From Antedon mediterranea (Eukaryota; Animalia; Echinodermata): 64,000 bases of DNA. Position numbers and translations under genes: made by a program. Positions 14,524 through 26,100 of the stretch are shown in pieces. The stretch is from the NCBI RefSeq assembly GCF_964355755.1, contig NC_092674.1, positions 31,620,001 through 31,684,000 of the forward strand, read 5' to 3'. Positions within the stretch are counted from its first letter, which is position 1. Each line of letters starts with the position of its first letter. The notes beneath the pieces were generated by a model. It worked only from the letters and a program-made list of their open reading frames with translations. It did not search any database and had not been told where the DNA came from.

Positions 14524-14773
14524 TTATTATCATTTAAAAATAAATACTCACTTGTGATTTGATATTATAGACTAGCGTATAATTCCGTAGGATATTATGC
14601 TGTTGGTTGAGTGGTTCTACATCCAAAAAACATTCTTCAAATGGTACTCCATTTCTTAATCTCGTTGGGAACATCCCCCATATATGCAACTCACTTGTAT
14701 TTTTCGACAGGATACCATTGCTGGTGGTAAAAACTAGAAGAATAGAGAAAGGAGTAAAAGTCAAAATTGACAT
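7480..14773 (-). CDS. Divergent GABA-B-like (GPR156/GABA-B family) orphan class C GPCR with signal peptide, degenerate Venus-flytrap ectodomain, 7TM and long C-tail; ~970 aa
   Basis: 13 phase-consistent exons in minus-strand order: 14773-14552 (MSILTFTPFSILLVF..LHIWGMFP..NILRNYTL), 13345-13070, 12903-12805 (GC donor), 12588-12376, 11919-11734 (FAHDAL..QFIGKT), 11605-11470 (GYVSF), 11039-10913 (TM1, CNIKYRNNR), 10671-10557 (LKLTSPNL), 10346-10239 (GFTLQYGSVIVKQWRVY), 9796-9668 (WWLIDP), 9454-9131 (TRHVSSPPLRDS..VLPK), 9017-8814, 8253-7480. Intron positions in the 7TM match gene 1. Confidence 0.82.
12089..12338 (+). mobile_element. tRNA-derived SINE with 12-bp target-site duplication
   Basis: A box TAGCCGAGTGG, B box GGTTCAATTCC, tRNA-Asp-like loop (CTGTCAT) with broken stems, SINE central-domain-like CCACTCAGCTGTAAATGAGTACC, ACCTTTT tail. 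TATAACGTTTAT flanks it at 12077-12088 and 12339-12350. Confidence 0.85.
14481..14530. repeat. (TTA)n microsatellite
   Basis: Near-perfect TTA run just inside intron 1 of the minus-strand GPCR. Confidence 0.9.
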
Positions 14774-16236
14774 CTTACACAGATCACCGCTTTTCAGTAC
14801 CAAGGATACACAAATTGTCTGTTTGGAATCTGTATGTTTGTGGTAAAGCTTGCGGATCACACCACATAGTGTGGCGCTGTTTATTTTCCTAAACCGTATT
14901 GGTTATTTCCGTCGAACTTTTTGAGAGTCCTGTTCTAGAAGTCTCCGGCCTCTTAAAAATGTTTTTCGCAGAGAAAATGATATCATGATTGTCCAAAAAA
15001 GGAAGATCAATGAGTTTATTAGGTATATAATCGAATATTACCACCTCCGAGTCAGTCTAACTAATACAGATTTATTCTTAAACGTTTCACGATCGTGCAT
15101 ATAACAAAAGTGTTGGTACATTATCAACCCTCTACAAGTATAAGTAAACATTTGTTTAGTTCCAAAGATTTGTAAATTATTTTTGCTGCACAAGTGGTGT
15201 TATTACAAACCAAGACAATGAGATCAGGAAATGAAAACATTGCTTGAATTTATTGAAATTTGATATTTTGTAGTTTAAAACTGCAATCTAGAAATTAAAT
15301 CGTGCCTTACGCTCTCAAACACTAAGTACGTTGTTGCGACAATTGACGGTAATTCAACCGAACAAATACGCCACAATACTACATGACTGAACAGCTGATA
15401 ATAGTCTTTTATACGTGTATTAAGTAATTCATCATTACGTCATACATATCATATTAACCTTGTGGTTAAAACCAAAATTACCAGTTAGCTCAGTCGCCTG
15501 AGCTTCGTATTAACGTTATGTCGTGGGTTCAATTCCCACGCTGGTCGGTGGAATAGAGTTAAGCAAAACAACTGTGTTTGGGGTTGTTCACAGAATTATA
15601 TACGTCCCTCTTTCCACCACACATCATAAGGCGACAACATCAATGCATCTGGTGCTGGAAACGACCACAAAAGGCTGTGACAGGGCCTTATAATATGCTG
15701 AGGCAGGGAGAGCACAATTAACATCTTTTTTTATGTAATTTTTTTTTTCAACCTGTATTCGATCTCGTAAATGTTCGCCCTCCAAGAAAGATTACACTGA
15801 AAATTAACATACGTATGTAACACCTAAAAATCATTACTACTAATAAAAATTCAAAATATAAATTATACTTTATAATACAAAAGTTAAAATATTTTCAGTG
15901 TAGTAGCATGTACTGTTTTATTCATAGATAGTAAACTGTGAAGAATAATGAGATACTTAATGATTTTCTGCCGACTAGATTGAAACTACAGTAATCGAAT
16001 ATTCAGAATATAATTATTTCCTTATGAATATTAATGAGGTAAACCCTGCTGCTGCTGTGTTGTTTACATCACCACGTGCACACTGTTATTGAGGTTATGC
16101 ATGTTCACGCTTCAATTGTTTTGATAAGAATTGTGTTTAAATACATTTTTATAGCAACTACAAGTAATTTGTGATAAACTATACAAGTACTCATTACAAA
16201 TACAACAGCGTAGGTACAGTTTGGTTATTCCAAAAG
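14774..16236. promoter_or_regulatory. Putative shared (divergent) promoter region between the orphan GPCR and the A-T-R-R gene, including a probable non-coding first exon of A-T-R-R ending at 16236
   Basis: The genes are head-to-head. A strong donor AAG|GTAAGA lies at 16236/16237, and the A-T-R-R ATG (16647) directly follows a polypyrimidine-AG acceptor, implying an upstream UTR exon. Confidence 0.45.
15481..15735 (+). mobile_element. Probable tRNA-derived SINE in the intergenic region
   Basis: A-box-like TAGCTCAGTCG, B box GGTTCAATTCCC, then a more GC-rich body ending in a T-rich tail. No full cloverleaf and no clear TSD. Confidence 0.6.
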
Positions 16237-16646
16237 GTAAGAGGATGAATAACCCCGACCGTTTTTTGTAGCATGAGAGTATTTAGCCTCCTGACTGACC
16301 TGAGCTGCATGATGTGATGATCTTGGTTGGCATGGTTGGTAGGCTAGATGCCTAACTAGCTAGGCCATAGACTATGATTGATGTGGCATAGTAGTAGAGC
16401 CTGAGTAATATGTACAGGTACTACGATTTTTAGGCTAGCCTGTCTATATAGCCGCTGCCTAGGTAGCCTCTAGGTAGGCATAGACTAAGCCTAGGCCTAG
16501 TTAATATTATAATATTCATACATTTTTATAGTTGTGTATATTTATAAACATTTTTTTGTTGTTATATTTTTATATACGTACAATGATTACAAAATAAAGA
16601 AAATAAATGATATGAATGAATGATTACTGTTTTTTTTTTCATTTAG

Positions 16647-19600
16647 ATGGATTACGAAAATCAAGGATGTCTTCACGACATGTTTATCCGACAAGCATCC
16701 AAGACACCAGATGCCATTGCTGTAGTCGCAGAAAATGACAAACAGATGACGTTTAAAGAGCTGGACAATGCTACTGATGTGTTAGCTTACAACTTACGAA
16801 CAAAAGGTGTCTGTCCAGATTCCATTGTAGGTATCTACATGGAAAAATGTATAGAATACACTACTGCATACATTGCTATATTAAAAGCAGGTAAACACAT
16901 TTTTACTAACTAACAACGAATACATATAGAATGTTCAATAATTTTTTAATAGAAATCCATTACCTTATACTTAACACCATTTGAGTTCTCAACTCAACCA
17001 TTTTGAGTTTTTACTCCACCATTTGAGTTCTCAACTCCACCATTTTGATTTTTTACTCCACCATTTGAGTTCTTAATTCACATTTTGAGTCCTTTGTTTC
17101 AAAATTGAGAATAAGCTAATTTTTAACAGATGCTTATATTAAATTATAAAATATAATGTTGTTCATTTGTCGTACGTAGGAGGAGCATATATGCCATTGG
17201 ATACCTCATACCCCCAGCACTTGGTTGCTGACATCATAATTGATGCTGAACCTGTAGCTGTGTTAACAACAAAGAAGCTTGCAAAGAATTTACAAGGTAA
17301 TTGAATTGATCACTTTATTTCAATTCAATTCAATTCAAAGCAACATTTATTTTCTCCTTTCATATACAAAATTGATTGATTGATTGATTGAATATATACA
17401 AAAATTTCGAAAGAAGAAGGTACAAGCCCAGAAAGATGAAAAACACATCTTGTGGAGGGCGTACCTATTACTGACACAGACAAAAACAATTAAGAAAAAA
17501 AAATAAAAAATAAATAATAAATAAATAAACAATAAAAAATAGACCGAGGAAAAGTTAATATTTGGAGATAAGGTGACTTTTATTAGTTTAGATATAAATG
17601 ATTTGCTAGAAACAGAGCTTAAGATTGGGAGTGGCAGATCGTTCCAAAAAGTGGGTCCGGAATACCTAATGTTTTGTTGAAAGTGGTTGGTTTTATGGGT
17701 TGGAATATGTAATTTTGAACATATACGGGTATGATGATAATGAATTGAAGAATTAGGAGTGAACATGGAGCAAAGATGTTTGGGAAGGTTAGAATTCGTA
17801 CGTAGGAGGAGCATATATGAAAATGAAAATTCCATACAAACAAAAATTAATACAAAACGGAAATCAAACTAAAATAGGATTTTTTCCCATTTAGTGAAGA
17901 GATTTGAATATCGTAACAGATAGTTTGCAGTGCACCTAACAAGATCATTTTCACTATTCACAACTCTTAATCTAATGTTAGTAATTAATGGACATTTGTG
18001 ATTGAGAAAATTGAAATTTTTGAAAGATTTTTAATTGAGATAATTAAAGGGAAAGATGTGGAAGTGTTCCCTTACAAGTGTATTTAATATGTGTGTAAAT
18101 CTAATAATAGTAGATTGAGTTGGAATAAAGTTGAATCAGTAAGGTACCCTGGTTGTAGGTAAATGTTGTGTAATAATATTATTGGTTTTCTCTCTTAAAA
18201 CAGAGTGAAATCTCTTCTTAAAAGCTAGTGATAATTCAAATTCTATTGTACTTAGTTGTGTACAGGTAGATTGTTTTTGTCATTCAAAGTGATTTTGAGG
18301 GCTTATCTGAAATATGTACAGTAAAGATCTGATCTTTGACCTTGCTGAAAGGGGTGATATTTATCATTGATTACAAAGATTTATTTAAAACGTGAAATGA
18401 TAAAAAGAACAAAAATTAATTTGTAGTTATACACATTTTGATTCACTTTATCTTTAAATATTTACATAAGCAGTAACAATGTACAGTAGTTTTGACTTTG
18501 TCATTGACCCTGACATGCTACTAATGTACATTACTATGCATGCTGTTGGCTTCTTATCAGAAATATGAAATCTTATTCTAATGCAATGCAAGCAAAGTAC
18601 TTGCATTAGTGGATTTAATAAAACTATATTTATTACTGTAGTCATCAGCTATATGATTAGAATGGAAATTGCACCATTGGTTCTATCACTTCCTATTAGA
18701 AATTATATATGTAACCACGTCTCCTGACTCAATATATTAGACATTTAAATAAATAAATTTAGTGTAGCACATTAAATTATTAGATTTTCATTTTAACAGA
18801 TTCTTTAGAAATTATTTTAAATCTAGTTTTAGTTATAAAATGTAGTATTCTAACAGTGTGTGCTCCTTAAGAAACACAGATGTATGTGTATTTTATTAGT
18901 TTTGTAAATAAAAGTAATGTTTATGTTAATGTATACTTAGGTGCAAAGAATGCGATTCTTCTTGAAGAAGGGTGGATTGACCGAATAAAAGCAGAAAATT
19001 CCAAAGTAGTGCTTACTGAACAAAAACCAACAACTCTGGATAACCTAGCTTACGTAGTATACTCATCAGGAACTACTGGAAAACCAAAAGGTATTTTTTA
19101 TGAGTTGTATTTACCTAGATGAAAACAACAGTTCATTTCTTAATAAGCGATTATGTTAAATAAACGTGTTACAGTAATAACATTCTCAAATTTATTAATA
19201 TGCAGCCATCTTTTTCTGTTTAAGGTATTATGTGTCCACATCGAGGTGCTGTCTTCTCTTATACCTGGCGACATCAAAACTATTCATTTGACCCAGATGA
19301 ACGAGTTGCATCAAACGTCTTTTTTGTATGGGAAATGTTTCGGTCACTGTTGAAAGGTATAGATAATATTGTGTAGTGTATTCAGTCTTTTTTAAAACCT
19401 TTTCAAGCAATTCTAAATAAACGTTTTTGTTTTTTTGTAGGAATACCACTATACATAATACCAGATAATGTAATCTATGATCCACCACTGCTGCTAGAAT
19501 TCCTAAGAAAGCACAAGATAACAAGGCTTTTGTTTACTCCATCGCTGTTAGAAACCGTACTAGATACAGGCAAAGCTGATCTTGCTAGTTGCCTCCAGAA

Positions 19601-22600
19601 TTTAAAGTAAGAAAACATTCAAGAATTTTTTTTTTCTTTTACATAAAAGAATAAAATGTTAAATGTATTATTCTTGGTCCTCAAGCTGAACTGGAAACTG
19701 AGGAAATTTGGATTAGTCCCTCCACGGACCCACAGCAGCCAGCAGTGCAGCGCCTACTGAGGTAATTTGGATTAGGCCCTCCACGGACCCACAGCAGCCA
19801 GCAGTGCAGCGCCTACTGAGGTAATTTGGATTAGTCCCTCCACGGACCCACAGCAGCCAGCAGTGCAGCGCCTACTGACGTAATTTGAATTAGGCCCTCC
19901 ACGAACCCACAGCAGCCAGCAGTGCAGCGCCTACTGAGGTAATTTGAATTAGGCCCTCCACGAACCCACAGCAGCCAGCAGTGCAGCGCCTACTGAGGTA
20001 ATTTGAATTAGGCCCTTCACGAACCCACAGCAGCCAGCAGTGCAGCGCCTACTGAGGTAATTTGGATTAGGCCCTCCAGGGACTCACAGCAGTCAGCAGT
20101 GTAGTGCCTACTGAGGTAATTTGAATTAGGCCCTCCACGAACCCACAGCAGCCAGCAGTGCAGCGCCTACTGAGGTAATTTGAATTAGGCCCTCCACGAA
20201 CCCACAGCAGCCAGCAGTGCAGCGCCTACTGAGGTAATTTGAATTAGGCCCTCCACGAACCCACAGCAGCCAGCAGTGCAGCGCCTACTGAGGTAATTTG
20301 GATTAGGCCCTCCACGGACCCACAGCAGCCAGCAGTGCAGCGCCTACTGAGGTAATTTGGATTAGGCCCTCCACGGACCCACAGCAGCCAGCAGTGCAGC
20401 ACCTACTGAGGTAATTTGGATTAGGCCCTCCACGGACTCACAGCAGTCAGCAGTGTAGTGCCTACTTAGGTAATTTGGATTAGGCCCTCCACGGACCCAC
20501 AGCAGCCAGCAGTGCAGCGCCTACTGAGGTAATTTGGATTAGGCCCTCCACGGATCCACAGCAGCCAGCAGTGCAGCGCCTACTGAGGTAATTTGGATTA
20601 GGCCCTCCACGGACCCACAGCAGCCAGCAGTGCAGCGCCTACTGAGGTAATTTGGATTAGTCCCTCCACGGACCCACAGCAGCCAGCAGTGCAGCGCCTA
20701 CTGAGGTAATTTGGATTAGGCCCTCCACGGACCCACAGCAGCCAGCAGTGCAGCACCTACTGAGGTAATTTGGATTAGGCCCTCCACGGACCCACAGCAG
20801 CCAGCAGTGCAGCGCCTACTGAGGTAATTTGGATTAGGCCCTCCACGGACACACAGCAGCCAGCAGTGCAGCGCCTACTGAGGTAATTTGGATTAGTCCC
20901 TCCACGGACCCACAGCAGCCAGCAGTGCAGCGCCTACTGAGGTAATTTGGATTAGTCCCTCCACGGACCCACAGCAGCCAGCAGTGCAGCGCTTACTGAG
21001 GTAATTTGGATTAAGCCCTCCACGGATCCACAGCAGCCAGCAGTGCAACGCCTACTTCTTTAAACATAAAATGCCTCAAATGTATATTAAAAAAACAAGT
21101 AGTGGCATTTTGCTATTTTTTAGTGAGTTGATGTATGCATGTTAACAAATGAATATTTGTTTTCTTTTAGAATTATCTGGTTGTGTGGTGAAGTAGTGAC
21201 CAATGGGTTGAGGGATCGGATTTTGGAAACCTTACCATCGATACAGCTTTTGAATCTGTACAGTATTTCTGAATGTCATGATGTTGCTGTTAGTAACCTT
21301 TCACTAGACAAGAAAACTGAGGTACCTATAATGTAGCTAAGAGCTACTTGTAACATACCCATACTTTAAAATGAATCCTCAATGATAATGATTCTTTTTA
21401 TTTTTTTCTCTTAGACAGCAGATAGTAAACGCAAGTTTTGTCCTGTCGGTAAACTATTACAAGGTGTTCAGGTGACCATACTGGATGATCAATTTAATGT
21501 CCAGCCAGTAGGATCTCCGGGAGAGGTACAAGCATCCTTTACATTTTATAAACAACTCTAACCAACTTAACAATCTACAAAAAATGATAGAGAATAAGAT
21601 ATGAATGCAATATTGCACAGTAACCACTTACTGTATGTACTGTAATTAGATATGTTTGTTGTTTTGAATGAGTGAAAGCCTTAATTATTTTCTCACCATC
21701 ATTCAGATTTATGTATCGGGTCCTACATTAGCCAGAGGATACATTAAGCGACCTGAACTGAATGCTAAGAGATTTATCAATCGTCCAGCTAGTTTGCCGG
21801 CATCACTGGGGGAAAAGTTTTACCGTACTGGCGATTGGGGCTACATCCTGTCAGATGGTAACTTAGAAATCTGTGGACGTTGTGATTCTATGGTGAAGAT
21901 TCGTGGATACAGTATTGAAATTCAGGTAATAAAATATTCTGCAATTACTTATCATTTTATAGCAATCAAACATTATTAATCCATTATACTGCTTATTAAA
22001 CATTTATTTAAAACACTGTATCTTGTATAATCCTCTTTACCTGTAGGCTGTGGAATCAGCCCTGCTACAACTGCCTATGGTCAGTACTTGTGTGGTGCTG
22101 GTCCAGGGCAATGAAGGGGAGGATAAGTTTATGGTAGCCTATGTAGTACCAGAAGGCGAAACCACAAGGAAAGAGGTTCGAGCTGAACTGAAGACCAGAC
22201 TCCCAAATTTTATGATTCCTTCTTATTTTGTCTTCCTCTCAAGGTAGGTAAAGTTATTTTCTACATAGAATTTTGTAAATTGTCAATAATGTTATCATCT
22301 TACTTAAAATATTTCCTTCTACATATTTGCACAAAGAGGATAGATCTGACAATCTGAATTGGTTTAATATGTTTTTCTAAACTACCATGTATGTAAGAGT
22401 AATTTGTTTTTGCTCTTTAGTATTCCTATTTTAGCAGCATCAGGGAAGTTAGATAAGAAGGCCTTGCCACCATTTAGATCTGAGAAACAATTAAATGGTG
22501 AGCAGGATTGCACACCTTCAACTGAATTTGAGAAGAAACTTGCGGCTATTTGGTGTGGAATTCTTCAGTTTAAAACAGTTGATGTACAGGATAATTTCTT

Positions 22601-23099
22601 TGATCTTGGTGGGTAAGTACTGAATCTTGAAAATAAATATTTAACAATTTTAATACTTATAAATCTTAAAAATTGGGATCTTGGTGGGTAAGTACCATTT
22701 GAACAATTTTAAATACTTCTCTTTAAATCTTAACAATTGAGAATTGTCTTTGTAGGTAATAACTTTTATACACACTTGTTTTTTTTGTGTATGTCTTTTG
22801 TTTTACATTTTCTGCTCTATAAGCATTTCTACATTGTACCCCATAATTTTTTATACCTATGCCTTTTGTTTGTTAACATCTTTGATTGGCTGATTTGTGT
22901 TATTATGTAATTTTATGACTTATCCTTTGTTACAATTCTTCACCTGATGATGGACTACTGTATGCCGTCGTGTTAATAGATATTATTGAGGAAGTTTTAA
23001 TTTTGATTTTTTTTCTATCTACCCTGCCTAATGAAGCTCTTTGATTTTATTAGGTTATATGCATGATATGCATATAACCTCTTGATTCTGTCAAAATCT

Positions 23100-23134
<35 letters not shown>

Positions 23135-26100
23135 TTCTTTCCTTAGCACTATTTTGTCCGTGCATTATCTTGGCATCAGTTTAATCTAGCTAAGTCAAGT
23201 TTTCAGAGTATATTCCTCATGGCCAGGAATCGATGTGGTTATATTTTCACGATGCGTAATCAAAAATTACGCGGTCTACGCGCGATTTTACGAAATCACG
23301 TTTTTAATCATATCTTCACAAGCATGAATCACAATTAAACAAAATTTGGTACTCATAAATTTCAGGTCATATTTCATCATATGGCAATAAAATTACATGC
23401 GTAGCGCATATAACGCTTGCGTACGCGCGCTTAAAATGTTCAAAATTGTCAAAATTTATTTTCGATGAAATTAGAGTACGTTTCAGGCAATTTTAAGCGT
23501 TTAAAAAATTGCCATGAGTGCGCAGATTTTTGCACGTGCACTGCGCGTTAAACGTTACTGCGCACTCTTTTTGCCCGATTTCTGTTTTACAATCTTTCAT
23601 TAATAATATCATCATATTTGATTCAGGTTTCAACTCGAAATTGCGTTATACGAGCACGTCAAAAGTGACTGGCTACGCACGTATAAGTTAACAAAATGGT
23701 GAAAATATGCTAAATTTTCAAATTAATATATATCGTCAGAATGCAGGGGAACACCTATTTTTTATTTTATTTTCTTGAAGTGTATGTATCATATGTATGA
23801 TTTATTATCAAATAAAGAGAACAAAAGTTGATTAAGTCATCATTAATTGCATATTAAATTTAAAAAAAATAATTTCGACAATCGAACAAATTATGACATT
23901 TTCTTAGGCCAAAATAACAAACTTAACATTAACTTTCTTCCTTCAAAAATTCATATATTAAAGTTAAAAGTATGTAGTTTGACAGTGCATCATTTGTATA
24001 CATTTTAAAGATGTCATCATAGTAAAAAAATATAATTCATTTCGGTATGTAATAATCTATTTGCATCAAAGTGGTTACTGCATAGTAAATACACGGAGGA
24101 ATTTTTCTACAACTTTTAGTCAGTTGTATACGGCTCGGTGGTTTGTGCTCGTGTCTATGGCATTCAAGGTACCGAGATCGAGTCTCACCTTGGGAAACGA
24201 AATAAGATTTTTTTTTTATTATCCGTATTGTTTGTTCAAATTTATTTCTTAGTGTATAGATTATACACATGATTTATAATGAAATCTAGATAAAAATTAA
24301 CTTATGTCTTTATTATTATGTAACAACAAATGTGGTTTATGACATTATACGCATATGGATCTTTGATCGGATTGTGATACCGGCTATGGTGTTCGCGTTA
24401 GCAAGGTCCTGTCATATATTATAAATAATTAAAGATTCTGAGAAAATCAATCAATCAATATATCTTTTAAAAATCAATTATCTTTATTTAAATCAATGCA
24501 TATAACCAATAATTCGTCATAGTGACGAATTAAATCTAGTTAACTTTTATAACTATTTCATGTTTTAAGGCATTCTCTGTTGGCAGCAAGACTACTAAAC
24601 AAAATTCAAGAAACATTTTGTGTAAAGCTGTCAGTGAGTGATCTGTTCAACTACCCTACCATTACAAGTATGGCACAACTGTTGGAAGAATGTAAAGAAA
24701 AGAACCTTCACTCAAGGTGTTTATCTCCAGGCACCTTCTATCTGACATGTTTTACAATACATCTTCATAATCCCACTCTTCCCTTCTATCTGACATGTTT
24801 TACAATACATCTTCATAATCCCACTCTTCCTTTCTATCTGACATGTTTTACAATACATCTTCATAATCCCACTCTTCCCTTCTATCTGACATATTTTACA
24901 ATACATCTTCATAATCCCACTCTTCCCTTCTATCTGACATGTTTTACAATACATCTTCATAATCCCACTCTTCCCTTCTATCTGACATGTTTTACAATAC
25001 ATCTTCATAATCCCACTCTTCCCTTCTATCTGACATGTTTTACAATACATCTTCATAATCCCACTCTTCCCTTCTATCTGACATGTTTTACAATACATCT
25101 TCATAATCCCACTCTTCCCTTCTATCTGACATGTTTTACAATACATCTTCATAATCCCACTCTTCCCTTCTATCTGACATGTTTTACAATACATCTTCCT
25201 AATCCCATTCTTCCTTTCTATCTGACATGTTTTACAATACATCTTCATAATCCCACTCTTCCCTTCTATCTGACATGTTTTACAATACATCTTCATAATC
25301 CCACTCTTCCCTTCTATCTGACATGTTTTACAATACATCTTCATAATCCCACTCTTCCTTTCTATCTGACATGTTTTACAATACATCTTCATAATCCCAC
25401 TCTTCCCTTCTATCTGATATGTTTTACAATACATCTTCATAATCCCACTCTTCCCTTCTATCTGACATGTTTTACAATACATCTTCATAATCCCACTCTT
25501 CCCTTCTATCTGACATGTTTTACAATACATCTTCATAATCCCACTCTTCCTTTCTATCTGACATGTTTTACAATACATCTTCATAATCCCACTCTTCCTT
25601 TCTATCTGACATGTTTTACAATACATCTTCATAATCCCACTCTTCCCTTCTATCTGACATGTTTTACAATACATCTTCATAATCCCACTCTTCCTTTCTA
25701 TCTGACATGTTTTACAATACATCTTCATAATCCCACTCTTCCCTTTCTATCTGACATGTTTTACAATACATCTTCATAATCCCACTCTTCCCTTCTATCT
25801 GACATGTTTTACAATACATCTTCATAATCCCATTCTTCCTTTCTATCTGACATGTTTTACAATACATCTTCATAATCCCACTCTTCCTTTCTATCTGACA
25901 TGTTTTACAATACATCTTCATAATCCCACTCTTCCTTTCTATCTGACATGTTTTACAATACATCTTCATAATCCCACTCTTCCCTTCTATCTGACATGTT
26001 TTACAATACATCTTCATAATCCCACTCTTCTCTTCTATCTGACATGTTTTACAATACATCTTCATAATCCCACTCTTCCTTTCTATCTGACATGTTTTAC

